The notes: generated from the letters alone by a model not told the origin. DNA of 64,000 bases from Trichosphaerium sp. ATCC 40318 (GCA_038496445.1 JALMLS010000015.1:1-64000); one strand, 5' to 3'. Counted from the stretch's first letter, positions 1 through 17,109 are shown. Numbers and translations are program-made.

Positions 1-137
1 CGCCGATTAATACGGCTGTCTGCATTTATTTTTGGTCACTTTGTGGTTATCCTCAACGATCAGGCCAGTAAAACTATACTTCTTTTAAAATACACGCAAA
101 TTAGCGCTTTTCAACACTCAAACTAAATCATACACAG

Positions 138-1475
138 GCAAGAGAAGAAAGCTCTAAAAACCTTGATGCTATGAAACAAGTGCTATACGGTACAGCGGAG
201 CACGCAGCGAACCCCGACCTCGTGTCTCCTCTTGCCAATGAAGTTTATGTTACAAATCTCATCCCTCTCTTAATCACCAACCTCCACAGGATCGAATTTG
301 AGGTCAGGACGCTCTTTTTTTTTCAATTTGTGATTTTTTTTCGTATTGACACTCTCAGGCCAAAAAAGACGCTGCGTTAGTTTTCAATAGCTTACTACGC
401 AGACAAGTGGGTGTACGATCGCCTACCGTGGAATACATTACACGTCACCCCGAAGTGCTAGACCATCTTGTAGCGGGGTACATTAGCCGCATTAGTGCTC
501 TTAGTTTTTATTAATTGGATTCAGTTGTGAGAACCTTGAAATTGCCTTAAACTGTGGTAATATGTTGCGTGAGTGTGTTAGGCACGAACCTCTCGCTAAT
601 ATCATCTTGTCTGGCGAAAATTTTTACAAGTTTTTCAAATTTGTTGAAATGCCAAATTTTGATGTTGCTTCTGATGGTTTCGCTACGTTCAAGGTATATA
701 GTGCTAGTAATATAATGTAAAAATTAATGATTATTTTTTTAGGACCTTCTCACAAAGCATAAACAATTGTGCGCCGAGTTTTTGGAGAAGAATTACACAC
801 GTGTACGCTTTTTTTTTTTTTTTTTTCCGTTCAACTCCTGTTTTGGGTTATTTTTTGACACTCCTTAAAGGTATTCACGGAGTATACTACACTTCTGCAC
901 TCTGATAATTACGTTACTAAACGACAATCGTTGAAGGTATTTTTATCATCATTTGTTAAAAAAACGTGTTTGTAACCGGGATTATAGCTACTTGGTGAAT
1001 TGCTTCTGGATCGTGCTAATTTCAACGTGATGACAAAGTACATTAGTCAACAAGCTAATCTCAAGTTAATGATGAATTTACTCCGAGATAAGAGTCGTAG
1101 CATTCAATTCGAGGTGAGGAAACATTATCTCTTAAAGGTGTCAATCTTCTAAATTTTTGTAAAGGCGTTCCATGTTTTCAAAGTATTCGTAGCGAATCCT
1201 AACAAACCACAACCTATCCTCGAGATCCTAGTAAGAAACAAGGCCAAGTTGATAAAATTCTTGACAAATTTCCACAAGGATAGAGGTAAGTCATTTTTAT
1301 TATTATTTTGTGTTAAAAAATCAACTTTCCGAAAAAATAATCAGAAAGAAAATTCTATTAAAAGCCATTTGCATTTGGTTCCCTACCTCGTTATTTAATA
1401 CTTTTTGTAGTGCTAGATGATGAACAATTTGCAGATGAGAAGGCGTTCCTATTGAAGCAAATTGAGCAACTTTAG
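138..1475 (+). CDS. CAB39: MO25/CAB39 calcium-binding protein 39 homolog, multi-exon, 5' end outside the window
   Basis: Spliced exons read [23 protein letters not shown]|[42 protein letters not shown]|[17 protein letters not shown]|[16 protein letters not shown]|[27 protein letters not shown]; stop TAG 1473-1475. Confidence 0.95.
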
Positions 1476-1747
1476 CTTGATGTAAATTATTTTCATGCGC
1501 CGGATCATCGTACTTGTAATACTGCCATTTGTACAAAAAAATCACCAAAAAACTTGTTTTCAACGAATAAATTCAGAACAAACAACTTATATGGGTTCTC
1601 TGTCTTGTATTTGCTTTGATTTGGGTTGAGATGTGCATTATTACACGTGCTGCTTATGTAGTTAAGGCTCGTGATTTTTATTAGACGATTTCGTAGTCCC
1701 CTAGGAACAACCCTACAAACTCCCTCCCTATTTAATATTTGGCTTGC

Positions 1748-3328
1748 ATGATGCCCCGGCGTAGATCCCAGAGCCTAGCACCTGATATTGACGTGATCAG
1801 CTTCAAACACTTCAATGACCTTACTCAAAGCGACACAGACGTCACCGAAGTTAACGGAAAGCGTCAGTTTGCTACTACGGATAAATTACCGATCCTAACA
1901 AATTCACGGTTCGCGTAAGTTTTTAAATTTACCGGAAATCAGCACTGAGCGTATAGCATGCGCGCATGCTTTAATTTCCCGCCCTTACTCGTTTCCACAG
2001 AAAAGATTATCCAGCGCGAATGGCGCGCAGCCACGAGCCTCCCAAAGGGACGTGGATGCCAAACTCGCCTGACAAACCTTCTGCAATGAAGCAACTACAA
2101 AGCCTTTCAATATTCGATCAATTCCCTTCGTGGGAAGTACAGACAAAGTAAGGACATATTTTGTGAACTTACAAAGTAATATTCTAAAAGGGCACCAAAA
2201 AAAGCCTCTCTTGTATGCAAGGACCTTGTTCAGTTCAATTTTGAATGGGGCACATCACCACTACGCTTAATAGAGCAATTTACAATGAAGCCTAAATGTA
2301 CAGATTTACAACAAAGAAATGTATCCACCAACATTGGTTTTACCAATAGAAAAACCCCTAAACATCACGCTTTGTGTGTTCAGATGGGTTTTCAAATTAT
2401 TTTTATTTTTTATCAAGAAACGTTTAAAAAATCCCTTGACGATCAAGTTTACACATGCTCTATTAAATGGCGCTGAGATAACCCAGCTGTTTGATAATAT
2501 AACTTCTGTAGAAGAGTTTATATCTGCAATGGAGGTAAGTAAACTAGGTTTTTTTTGTAAAAAGCCCGTATTATTCGAAAATTTAATTTAATTTGTAAAA
2601 TCTCGCCTCTATGTATTCATCGTTATTAATTGTTGTACTGTGAAGGATGCTACAAAGCTTGTGAATAGTGTACTAGACCTTATAGATGAAGTGGCGCTTC
2701 TAGAAACAGAATATGACGTTTTTGCTAAAGGCAGAGGTGGTCCTTCAAAGGCTATGCTAAAGGTACGCTAACTCGGCTTTCTCCAACCAAATTACCTTCA
2801 CGTGTTAAAATTTCAAATGAGTTCCATGAGGTTTACCTTATGATTTTTTTTTCTTCGTCTACTCGAGTACATAACACTTACTGTTTTAAGAAGTGTGTGC
2901 TTTCGCTTCTCTTTTTTGTGAAATATTTTTTCGCTTTAATTTTTCTTGTTGAAAAAACGTTGCTGTTTTGCTTACAAATTTTGTTCAATACAGGTCTGCT
3001 TCAAGTCTAAAACAAAGCTAAATAATACCTTTGTAATCGTTTTCAACATTGTCCATAATTACCCGGAAACACCTATGGAGGTTCTTGTTATGACTCGTTG
3101 GGATTGTGAGGTATGCTTAATTATTACGTCAACAAACGTGTTTTTTCACAAATTGCGGACTTCTACCACCTCCTTTGCTGTTTAATACTACTTTCTATCG
3201 TACCCTTACACTCTTTGTAGATCCCACAAGACACAATAAGCGCTACAATACGTGATGTGAATAGAGAGCGTGGTAGATTAAGCCGGATATGCCAATCTCT
3301 CAATGACTTGTGCCAAAACGCTGTTTAG
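1748..3328 (+). CDS. Short protein resembling the KNL1/Spc105 C-terminal tandem RWD domain, multi-exon
   Basis: Segments FDQFPSWEVQ..KDLVQFNFEW, LDLIDEVALLETEY and FVIVFNIVHNYPETPMEV..IPQDTISATIRDV..LSRICQ recall the KNL1 C-terminus; GT-AG introns; stop TAG 3326-3328; internal exons partly uncertain. Confidence 0.55.
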
Positions 3329-3971
3329 AGGGGTGTTGTTCTTGGTTTAAACTTATATATCTCCGCGTAACTTTGTACATGTAAAAACTGCCATTATGAG
3401 GGCGGTTGCGTTTTTTTTCCTCTACGCCTATGCCAGATCTATAATAAATAAACTTTTGTAAATCGTTTTGACTTACACGTTTTTGTCACATGGAACTGAT
3501 AATGGTGTTGAACTCCTAAAAAGCGACGTTTGGTTGTAACCAGTAAACGTCGTTTAGAGTATCTAGAAGCATATGAAAGAGGTGTCAACACTTTGCTGAA
3601 ATTGTTTAAAAAACACACAGTAGCTAAGGATACACGTTCTTCATTCGATTTTTTTGTCGGTACCAATATTGGACGACTGCGTTTCCTTATACTCACACGC
3701 AAATGCGCATAATATAAATAAAAAAAAACCATGGTTGTTGTGAAATAAACGAGGTAGGTTTATTTTTTTTTCAGGAAATTCCACCAATTTTCAGTCAAAC
3801 TTGAATCGAACTTACTACACTACTTCACAATACAGAACCACACTCGAAATTCGCATGTATAATCCCCAATTGCACCAAACTATTCTAAAAATGTCGTGGC
3901 TATTGCATGAGAGGGTTGTAGAAGAATTGCGCAAAAACCACAATTAAATTTCGATGCAAATGATGATCAAT

Positions 3972-4240
3972 AAAAGGATCTTTTTTCCGTTTAGCTAGTA
4001 GAATACGTCTACTCAGGTTCCGAGCGGCTCCACAGGTCCTCTCAAGAGTACCCTGTTTCACCAAGGGGTAGCAGGGCATACGGAACGGAACGCCCGCAAG
4101 TATAGTAACAATCTGCTTGCAATGCGAGGCTGACGATATTCCCAGCAAGGCTATGGTTGTCTTGTCAGAGTTGTTGGTGGTGATGAGAAAGGCTCTGGTC
4201 GAAAGACAATTTTTGCTATTGTTAGGAATAAACGGGCTTT
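3972..4240 (+). ncRNA. Candidate structured small RNA (snRNA-like, Sm-type site), family unassigned
   Basis: GC-enriched intergenic island with several stems (3985-3991/4084-4090, 3997-4002/4008-4013, 4051-4055/4072-4076, 4096-4100/4116-4120, 4157-4172/4191-4209) followed by AATTTTTG at 4208-4215. Confidence 0.45.
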
Positions 4241-4481
4241 TTGTATTTTTCCTTCATTTTGCCATGTTAAAACTCCGTTATGGCACTTGAATGCAATAAT
4301 ATTGTACGGTGAAATATTTGGAAACGGCTATTTGTGGTTCAGTGAACTGTAGAATTTTCTTCATATTTTTTGGTCAATGACCATGTTTTGCAACGAAAAA
4401 ATTATCGAAACGTACTTCCACTTTGTTGAGGAAGTTATCCAACATCATATCATATTCTAGAACAACAACAAACAATACATC

Positions 4482-5050
4482 ATGAGCGTACTACAAGTCC
4501 AAACACAACTAGATGACGACTGCATCCCAGCATTTGATAAGTGCGTCAAATTTTTTTCTTTTTTCTTCACCACTCATTCCTTGTCTTCTTTTCTTCCTCA
4601 CCGTCTCTTCAATAGATTCAAGATGGGAAAAGGAAGTCCTTACATTGTATACAAGCTTACTGATAATCATTCACGTGTTGTCATTGAAACAAAGGGAAGA
4701 CAAGGAGATGATTGGCAAACACTTGTTGAAGAGCTACCAGAAAATGAACCAAGATATGTCTTATTCTCATACAATTACGATCTTGGATCAGATGGAAAAA
4801 GAACAAAGACTGTATTTCTTTATTGGTGTCCTATGAAGTCCGGTGTAAAAAACAGAATGTTGTACACATGCACCAGGATGTACTTGAAGTCTCTCTTTCA
4901 TGTGCGTTCTTACAAACTTTCCTTTATTTAAACGAAAACGTTTTACCAACTCTTTGTTTGTAGGGTATCTCAGTAAGTATGCAAGCTGGTAGGAAATGTG
5001 ATGTCACAAACGAGTCTGTATTGAATGTTTGTACAAGCAAATTCAGATAA
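4482..5050 (+). CDS. ADF/cofilin (actophorin-like), 3 exons
   Basis: YIVYKL, LPENEPRYVLFSYNY, VFLYWCP..VKNRMLY motifs; stop TAA 5048-5050. Confidence 0.9.
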
Positions 5051-5106
5051 AGACCACAAATGTAGTAACTTCTTCACTTGTAAATGTAAATAAATCTTGT
5101 TCCTTT

Positions 5107-7960
5107 TCAAATCCACAAAATCTTTTTGTGCACAGTCATCTTGTCGACTGTTTCTGTTCTTTTCAAAGGTGGCATCTGGTATACAAACTCAAGATCACTG
5201 AAACCTACAGGAAAAATTCTTTCATATATCTCTAATAACGATCTGAAGTCCAAACCATGAACATCTTCAAGCGGACTTGTTAATTTTTATTTCTGTTTTT
5301 TTTTAAATGGCTCTGATTTTACATGAACTTTGCGCTCTTTAAAATGTACATGATGCGTTCCCGACGAATCTTTAGTCCTTGTTGAGATAACAAACCTTTT
5401 AAACATCTCAAAGAATCCAATTCTCGCATAAGCACAGTGATTAATGCAGGGCTACTTCTATGATCTAAATAATAAATTAACAAAAAAAGCAAGAAAGAAA
5501 AAACAAAACAACAGTCTACTGCGCACTTAGTTTTTCAAACTTTTAAAAAATATGTTGTCTGTAGGTTCGCTAAAAAGTTTTTTGAAAGAAAAATGATAAA
5601 ACAGTTTTTGCTGAACTGTTCTCGAAGAGAATTTTTACAAAACTTTCTTTTTTGTAAGTGACCTGCAATTTGATATCATTAACAATTACGTACGTAAAAA
5701 TAGGACAAGTGCCCACAATGCTGTCTCTACAAAGCTACTACCATTCTCACTCTCTTCAGATGACTTTTCCTTCTTTTTAGCGGCTTCAGAACGCTTATAT
5801 TCCTCAAACCGAGTAATACTTTTTAAACCTCTCAAAAATACTTTTTTGATAAGATCCTCAGTCACTAAAAAAAAAAATCGTATTAACTTCTTTGAACCCT
5901 TACAAAGAGACAATAAAAAGAACATACTGAAATGTGTAATATTGCCAAAGAATGCCATTAAATCTGTCAATATTGTAAACTCCAAAGGGTAACGATCAAA
6001 CCCACTAAGGAGGAGTTCTGGAACATCATTTTCTTTTAAAACATCCCAGGATGATTCTATAATTAAGTTCGTTAGTTTTTTTTTTTTGAAGAATTTTCAA
6101 ATGAAGGTCTCAAAAAATCACGTGCCATAGCTTGCAATATTTCTTAAAAGAGCTACATCTTGTTGCCAGTATATCTTATTACCTTCGTCAACCTTCAAAT
6201 AGCCAACAAGAATAGAAACAATATTTGTCTTCATCATTTCGTTAAAACAATGAACTAAAGCAAAAAACTATTAACACAAAATAATATTCGATCTATACTT
6301 ACCATCAAGTGCAATATTTATCAGAGCACCGTGCATATCAGAATGATAAGGTTCTATTTATGATTAGGTTAGCTTCATATTAACCATCGATAAAAAACTG
6401 GTTCACATCCAACAAAAGCGTTGGAAATATCCGCAAAAATCATGGTACCAGCTAGAGGAATAAAATTTTTTGTTCGTAAGTACCTCTGAATTTGTCAATA
6501 GAGTTTACAACCAAAGAAATGGCATCAAGTTCAAGAAGTCTTCCCCAAATCTCGGCATGATATGTGAAATCTCTTAACAACATACCAATCTCACGATGCA
6601 CGTCTGGCTTATCTGGAAAACTTCTAAGACCAGCTACAACGTGTTCTATTAACCCACGTTCAACAAAAACCTGAGAAAGTTGTTCTAAGCAGAAATAAGT
6701 AAACCAAAAGCGTGTAAACAAAAAAAAACACTTTGCTATGAATACACAAGAAAAAGATGACTAAATCACTAGTGAGATCCACGTTGCGATTCAGAATAAC
6801 TTGGGGAAGGGTACAGTGCACTTGGTGCATAGGTACGAAGGGAGAAAGTAATTAATCGTACCATCTCTGTAACACAAATTCATCAATGCAAAACAAGCAT
6901 TTAGGAAAAAGTCACTATGTTTTTGAGCTTTGAGTTGCTCAAATACCAAATCTGCAAAATCTGTAGTTTTGACATACTCCTTGTTTTCCTCTAGAACATA
7001 ATTAATACGTTTAAAACAACAAGGAAACAGATTCTTGAAGAAATTACGTGAATTAAAGCCTTACCACGTAATTCAAGATTACCAAGAGCTCCAAGGCCAT
7101 CTTTATAAAGTGCTACATCCCCTGGAAAGTTTTTCAAACCATTTATGATAGCATCCATAGCACCGTCTATAAAAATACTTAATGAGTATTTATGCCATTG
7201 TTTTGTGCGTGTCAAGGCTTTAAAAATGATAATAGAGTATCTTCAACAATGGAAATTTTAACGTACATTCACCCAGTAATAATGACTGCTCTTCATAGTT
7301 CCTACCTTTCGGTTGAAAAACAAGACGTTTTATGATGTAACAAGACATTGCAAAGTAGTCTGCCCTCATTGGGAACATTTCCATTAATCCCACAACCTAT
7401 ATACAGTAAGGATAACGTCTGACGGTTGATATGACCCGTATAAAAATCGAGTTCTTTTGGGTTTTAGTTTTACAAAATATTTGTACCTCTTGTAATTCGA
7501 TATCTGGTATTTTGACGATAGTTGGCTGTCGTGACGCGATTCTGGAGAGTATTGCCATTTTCTCTCGTATAATACGCTGTCGCACGCTATTATCCGTTAT
7601 AATAGGTATATAGTCTTATGCGTACGTTGCCATGTGAACAAAGTACAGTTGATGCGTTTTGGATTGTTCCCATTTCCAGCGTGAATGCCACCATGGTGGC
7701 TTTTCATTTATCGTTGGGAGGTCTCTGAGACTATAGAATTTCAATAATGATGACAAACAAAATATTTTCGTGTTAAACCCACCAATGGTAAATATTAGGA
7801 TAATACATCGCGGTTTGACGCCTCCAGAGCTTATGGTATTGATGTAACCACAGTAATTTACGTGTAGCGAGCGATAACGCCATTATCTCGTATGGCGAAC
7901 AATAGCAGCATATAGACTCTATCAGCTCCGCTGGAAGGTAAATTACATGGCAGGCTTGTT
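5107..7960 (-). CDS. Armadillo-repeat protein, multi-exon; start uncertain
   Basis: Repeated helical units such as GAMDAIINGLKNFPGDVALYKDGLGALGNL and GLIEHVVAGLRSFPDKPDVHREIGMLLRDF; stop TGA 5107-5109. Confidence 0.7.
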
Positions 7961-8181
7961 CCTATTTTTGTTATAATTGTGATATTGTTAATTATAACGC
8001 GATTTAATACCATTATGAGTTGGTAACGGCCAGCGACAAAATTATATCAACTTACAAAGTAACTTGGTTGACTTTTGTTTAAAAATATCAAACAAGGAGA
8101 AAATAACTGTTATTTCCAGCGTTGCAAAATAAAAAACTTTTATTCTGAGTTACAAACAAAGTAAACTGAGAACTCAGTTTT

Positions 8182-11100
8182 CTACTTTTTAGCCTTTAAT
8201 TCTGTTACTTGCTTCTCTAAAGCGCTTACTTTCTTCGAAAGCTGTTCGACTTCTAAAAATACTTTTAGATTTTAATGAAGTTTTACAAACGCACGTTTCT
8301 TCAACTCGTTGTTACCAGATGATCCATTAAGTGCCTTGAGCTTCCTGTCAAGCCAAGGGGAATCTTGGTTAGACAAACTGGAACGCAAACCGGCTATTGC
8401 AGAAGCAGATCCCTTAACATTTAGTAAGCACATCAAAGTTTTGTATTGGGGTTTTTACCGTGGATTTCAATGTTACAAGTGCACCAACAGCAGCTTTTAT
8501 GACACCAGCATTATCTTCTGCTAAAAGAGTCTCCAGGTAGGCAATTGTACGTTTCTTGGTAAGTTCATCTTGCCATGTGGCCACGCTAGCGAGGGAAGAG
8601 ATAGCAGATGTGCGCACAAGATTATGGACTTCACCATAAGGACATTTCGATCTGTAAATCATTATTAATAAAACTCTCAAGCTAACATTTCCTACCTGAG
8701 GTATTCGCAAGCATCCTTCGATTGCAGTGATCCCATGGCACTCAATGCACCACGTGTGACAATCTTGTAGTACCCACCTACGTACTCTCCCTCAACAAAG
8801 GACTTCAACACTTCGAAGTCAGCATCATTGGCCTTTAAGAAAGCAAGTCAGAGATATGAATTAGCTTTCATACAACTTACCTGTTTGCCAAGGGCGCCAA
8901 GTGCTCTGCTCAAGGCACTGTAAGTCAACTTTGGTGTCTTTACGAATTCCAATAATGCTGAGCGCATTTTTGGATGCTTAATACTCTGACAAGCAAGTGT
9001 GACTGCTCTCTAGAGATATATAGTAAGGCATCAAAGAAGAAGAGGAAAAAGAATCGTACCAAAGACAAAGGCATTGTAAATGTCTTTAAAAAGTGGGTCA
9101 ACGTATTGATACCGTGTGCAGTCTTTGCTGTTTTCAATGCAAGCGCTGCTTGAGCTTGAACACCATAGAACTTTTCATTGTCCATTGCAGCGCTTAGTTT
9201 AGCTAAGGCATCACGACTGCCTACCTAGAAACAAGATTATTATAATAAGACCTATGATTATTGCAAGTACCTTAGCAAGTGTCTTGGCTGCCCATATTCT
9301 TTGTGCTACTGATTTATGCTTTGTCACTACATTATTGAGGATATCAAGTCCAGGATTGAAGTCCAATCCATACACAAGTGTCAAATCAGGGTCAACACAA
9401 ACCATTGATGGTTTAGCATCAACGTTAAGGGTAACAGCTGCGTATTTGGTCTGTGAATATATGAGTACCAACAAGTATTCCTTTAAACGCACGTTCTCAA
9501 ATACGAGTTTAGCTGTAACTTCCTTACCATCCACATCGGTAACACGGACTGGTAAATCCATATCAAAAAGATTTACACCTTTCTTTGCATCCACTTGGGT
9601 TTGCTCCGCGGTGATTGTCACACACTTATCTGTTGTGTTGTACTTGTAACTCACTTTAAATTTAGGGTACCCTTTGCTATAAAGCCTAAATCACGCATTA
9701 GAAGACTTTTGGTAGCAGTTTATACAGGAACGTACCATTGATCAAAGAACTTGGTAAGGTTAAGTCCACTTGCTTTTTCTAAGCATTTACGGAAGTCATC
9801 AGTCTCGGCTACCTTCTTTGCATATGTTTCAAGGTAATCTTTTACACCTGCCCAAAAGTATTTATCACCAAGAAGGCACCTACGAAAGTTAACAAAAGAA
9901 CAAGAAAAAAAGAAAAAAAGAAGAAAAAGTTGTACCTTAGCATATGAATCCTAACACAACCTCCTGGGTATGTGTGCCTAGAATGATATGAATAACCATT
10001 CACCAATAACTTTATGCAACGCACATATCAAACATTGACCAAGAAGTGTCGTAACTAGCCACGTAATTAGTGCACAATAAGGTAAAGATAACGCAATAAT
10101 TAACACGTACCAGCGCTCCACAATTGGACGAACATACGAATTGCACTCACCAAAGTATTGATAACACTTGGTGTATATATCATATTCAAGCTCGTCTCGT
10201 CCCTTTTGAGTCATTAATTAACAGTGTACATTGAAACAACATACCCTATTATCTTCAAGCCAACATGCTTCCATGTACTCAGCCCAAGATTCCTACAAAG
10301 AAAGGTCAGGAAAAAAAGTTGCTGTTTACAAAAACCAATATACTTTAAGCCACGTATGCTCGTAGTGTCGAATAACAACAGAGTCACCAAAGTATGAATG
10401 AGCCTAAAGATAATAATTATGAACCATAAAACGTGTCACAAAAATTTTAACTGAACACCTACCATCTCATGAGTGTTAACAATATCCATGAATAAACGAA
10501 AATCCTTATCCCATGTCTCATCAAGCATAAACACAAATCCCCAGGTAGTCAAGGTGACGTTCCTTATCAGGATGATTTAGCTTTTTTATAAGGTAATAAG
10601 TAACGTACTCCATAGCACCAGAGTTTCCAGGCATTATGATTTGAAAGTATTTATAGTCCTTGAAAGGAAAAGGAACTTGTGTACGTTTTTGCATCCAAGC
10701 CATAATTTTCCTTGTCTCTTGGAACGTAAGTCGCAAGTCTGATTCCTTCACTTCCTGTTTTATAACCATGAGTACACTGTTTAAAAGCATAAGAGGTACC
10801 TTCGGAGCAAAATACGATATTGGAATGCCGTCAAGTGCTTCGTCCTTAACTGGGCAATATTAGCATCGTTCCACAAATAGATAAAATCACATACCAGTTA
10901 CAAAGTCACCCACGGCCCAACAAGTCAAGTAAGCAGGACATGGATAATCCAAGACCCAGTGAGATGTTTTAAGTGTGCTATCCTTGTCTTCTTCCAATTT
11001 TGATTCTTTACCATTGGCGAGAATAGTGTACTCTTTTAAGAACATCATTAATTTTATATTTTGTAGATTCTAGTACCTTTCTTTGCCGTAATAAAATACT

Positions 11101-11738
11101 CAAGGGTAGTACGGACAGTAGGGATGTCTACAGTGGCGAGCCAGTAGCGGGCACGCTCAGATTCGTTGTCTAAAGCACGTGAGATACAAGGTTTCTAGGT
11201 TTACATACCGATGAGCAAATATGGGCTTACGTCCGGGAACTTTTCATCTGGATAGCGGAATATTACAGCTGTAATAGGATTTACAACCTGAAAAAGCGTT
11301 AACGCCTATTTAAGACAAAGGGCATGCACTATAGCTGAGGGTGACGTCTTTAGTCTCATCCTGCTTCCAGGGTTTGTCCCACGTAAGAGTCACAATTTCA
11401 CCATTGTATGACCTTGTTGGCGTTAATTTTGTTAATACACAATTATTTGTACCAATCAACCGAGTCACAGGTAACAGCCATGTTTTGAAAGCCTAATACG
11501 AGTCAATAACGTCAATGTATGGCCACTTACCCATAGCGTTCAACTCAATGCTGCGACAGCTTACATTATTACATTTGATGGTATGCGTAACTACAAAATC
11601 AACCTTTTTATTGGCAAGATCAACGTTTGCTTTTATAACGATATGTTTTGGTTCCAAGCCAAGATGAGGCGCGTAGTTCTTTGATGGATTACTAACAGTG
11701 AAACCTGAACTCCGTTTACAACAAGCTCCTCTCGGCAT
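8182..11738 (-). CDS. M1 family aminopeptidase N with C-terminal HEAT repeats and coiled coil, multi-exon
   Basis: SGAME|N exopeptidase motif, HEM|AHSYFGD..WLK|E (HEXXH-x18-E), YPGG tyrosine region, HEAT-like repeats; stop TAG 8182-8184. Confidence 0.9.
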
Positions 11739-11944
11739 GTTTGTACGACAGAATGAATATAACTACTTTGACCAGACATTCAAAAATTTTTCACATAGAA
11801 TGTACGGCCGTACACTTATGTTATCCTAAAGATAGTGGCTTCCTTTGCGAATAGAAAAATATCTAACAATTACACATGCAATTTATTCACACTGTAAATT
11901 TTACAAAAAGAGGTCAGTCCAAAGATACAGGTATGGTCTTTTAG

Positions 11945-13509
11945 TTACTTTTTAGTTTCGACTTTAGCTTTTTTTTCGGGTGTTTCAGGACCTGTTGTTT
12001 GTCTCTTACGCTTATCTCCTGGTGCTGCACCACTGATAGACATGTGAATGATAGTTTAAAATAAATATTCGTACCTCCAGCTCTGAACATTGTGATCACC
12101 CATGGCACCTTCATTTTCAGGGTTCATCGATGGATATAAGGCTTTTGGTCCTAAGAAAATTAAGTATTTATGCTTTAAAAGTTGTCTACTCACCTTTAGA
12201 CCCCATAGTTGGTGCTGTTCCAAGAGGCATAGGTGTAGTTCCAGTCTCTATGTCAGTGAGCTGCCGTGGTCGTGCCCATGCAACCTTCAAAAAGCAACCA
12301 TTTACAATAAGTGAATTGTAGAGTCTCTTTACAGCTGCCTCTGCAGCCTCTCTAAATTTATACGAAACAAACGCGCAGCGTTGCTTTGGGAAAAGTTTTA
12401 TCTCATTTATCTCACCAAATACATAAAAGTGATCACTAATTGCTTGTTAAAACAGTCAAGATTCCTTTATAATGACACGTACGTTAAGTCCTTCTCAGTA
12501 ATACGATCATCTACATTTCCAACGTATACAGATTTTATTGTTGAGTCTTGAGGTGTTTTTAAAGCAGAATTGCCAGAGAATGTTTTTAGCATTTTATTGG
12601 CGACAGGATCGTTAGAGCCATGGAATCTGTCTTTTATACTTTTCTCGACATTACCAGATCTTGGTTCTTTCTCTTCTGGTTGTTCATGTCTGCATAGATA
12701 TAAGAAAAGGAGCAACATAGATACGACAAACATACCTGTATGGACATTCAGCTCCACGAGTACACGTGCCTTTCAAGAAGAAAGAACAAATCTTCGCTTG
12801 ATTACGATCATAATATGGCGCTGTACGTGCTAGTTGTTGAAGCATTGGATGGTAATTAACGCGCGAATAATCTGTTGCTCCCGTTGTGGTCATCTACAAC
12901 GCCGTTAATACACTGTACACGTTAATTAATTTGAGAAATGTTTGTGGCATTTTACCCTATTTTCTTGCTCCTTTGCCCACCATTCCGTGTTTACTTTCGA
13001 TACAGGTAAGTGAGAGTTGGCGCCTTGTGGCATAGCGCTGTCACGTACTTGGACAGGCAAACCTAAATGTGGTTAGCCGTTATTAAAGTGTAACAGTAGC
13101 TAACGCACCAAATTCGAGGTCAAGGATGCAGCATTGGCACACGTTCTTTGCCTTTGCGCACATTTGGCATATTTCTGTTTTTTTATACCTTCCCTTTGTT
13201 CCAGCCTTCCAACGGAACACAGAAAACGGTCTGCTGCATACCTGCATTCAGGTTTAATTTCAGCATTTAAAAAAAAAGTAGCTAGGGTTACCTTGCACTC
13301 AGCACCGTACTTGGCTCGTGTCTACGTAGTAAATTATTATTTTACACTCAACTAACTCTGTAACAAATTCAAACGCCCTCAAAACACGGCGTACGAACAA
13401 AAACAAAACTTACCATCCGTATGTAAGGGTTATCGCCCAAGCAGGTCTCACAAACTATAGGAAAGTCGGAGCGCTCCCACCCATCGCGTTCTGGGTCACC
13501 TGTAGCCAT
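11945..13509 (-). CDS. RBM22: Pre-mRNA splicing factor RBM22/Slt11 (zinc finger + CCCH + RRM)
   Basis: [85 protein letters not shown]. Confidence 0.93.
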
Positions 13510-13942
13510 TTTGTTTGTTTGGCTTGAGCAATGTCTTTTCAAAACCTTTCGTCAAGTTTGTTTGTAAGGGCAAAAAGTCCCAGCTCAAGAAAACTAATCT
13601 TTAGCGATTATAAGCTCATGTGATATCAATACACGTACAAACGTCAAAAAACACAACATTTCAAAATTGTAACTCAAGTAGAGTACTGTAGACGAATATA
13701 TGAATGGAATACTAATATAACACGGTCCGTGAAACTTTTGTTAACCAATACAAGCGTCTTAACATAGATTGTCACGTTTTGACACCGCGTTAAGCTAACG
13801 GTTGATTCGCAGGCGCGAATTTAGCAGAATTGATTGCAAAAGAGCCTCGTTTAATGCTAAAATTTTCATTGAATTGAATTTCGTTGATGACTAAACATTT
13901 GCTCAATAAAACCTCAAGTTCAACTTCAGCACAACACTAAAC

Positions 13943-16960
<3,018 letters not shown>

Positions 16961-17109
16961 GCTTACTTTTGTACAAAAAAAAAACCACAAAAAGTGCAAA
17001 TTGCATCTTGTAAAAAGACTGTTTAATGTGATATCGCGTTGTTTATTTTTTTTTCGCCACGAAGTGAGACTACAATTACAAGTGGTTCTAGTGTACAAAG
17101 GTGTTTTCC

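Noticed and set aside
3439-3732. Possible tiny spliced gene on the minus strand containing GTATCCTT (U12-like donor) near 3632
   Set aside because: Several incompatible splice models, no recognisable product and no good U12 branch site; cannot be supported
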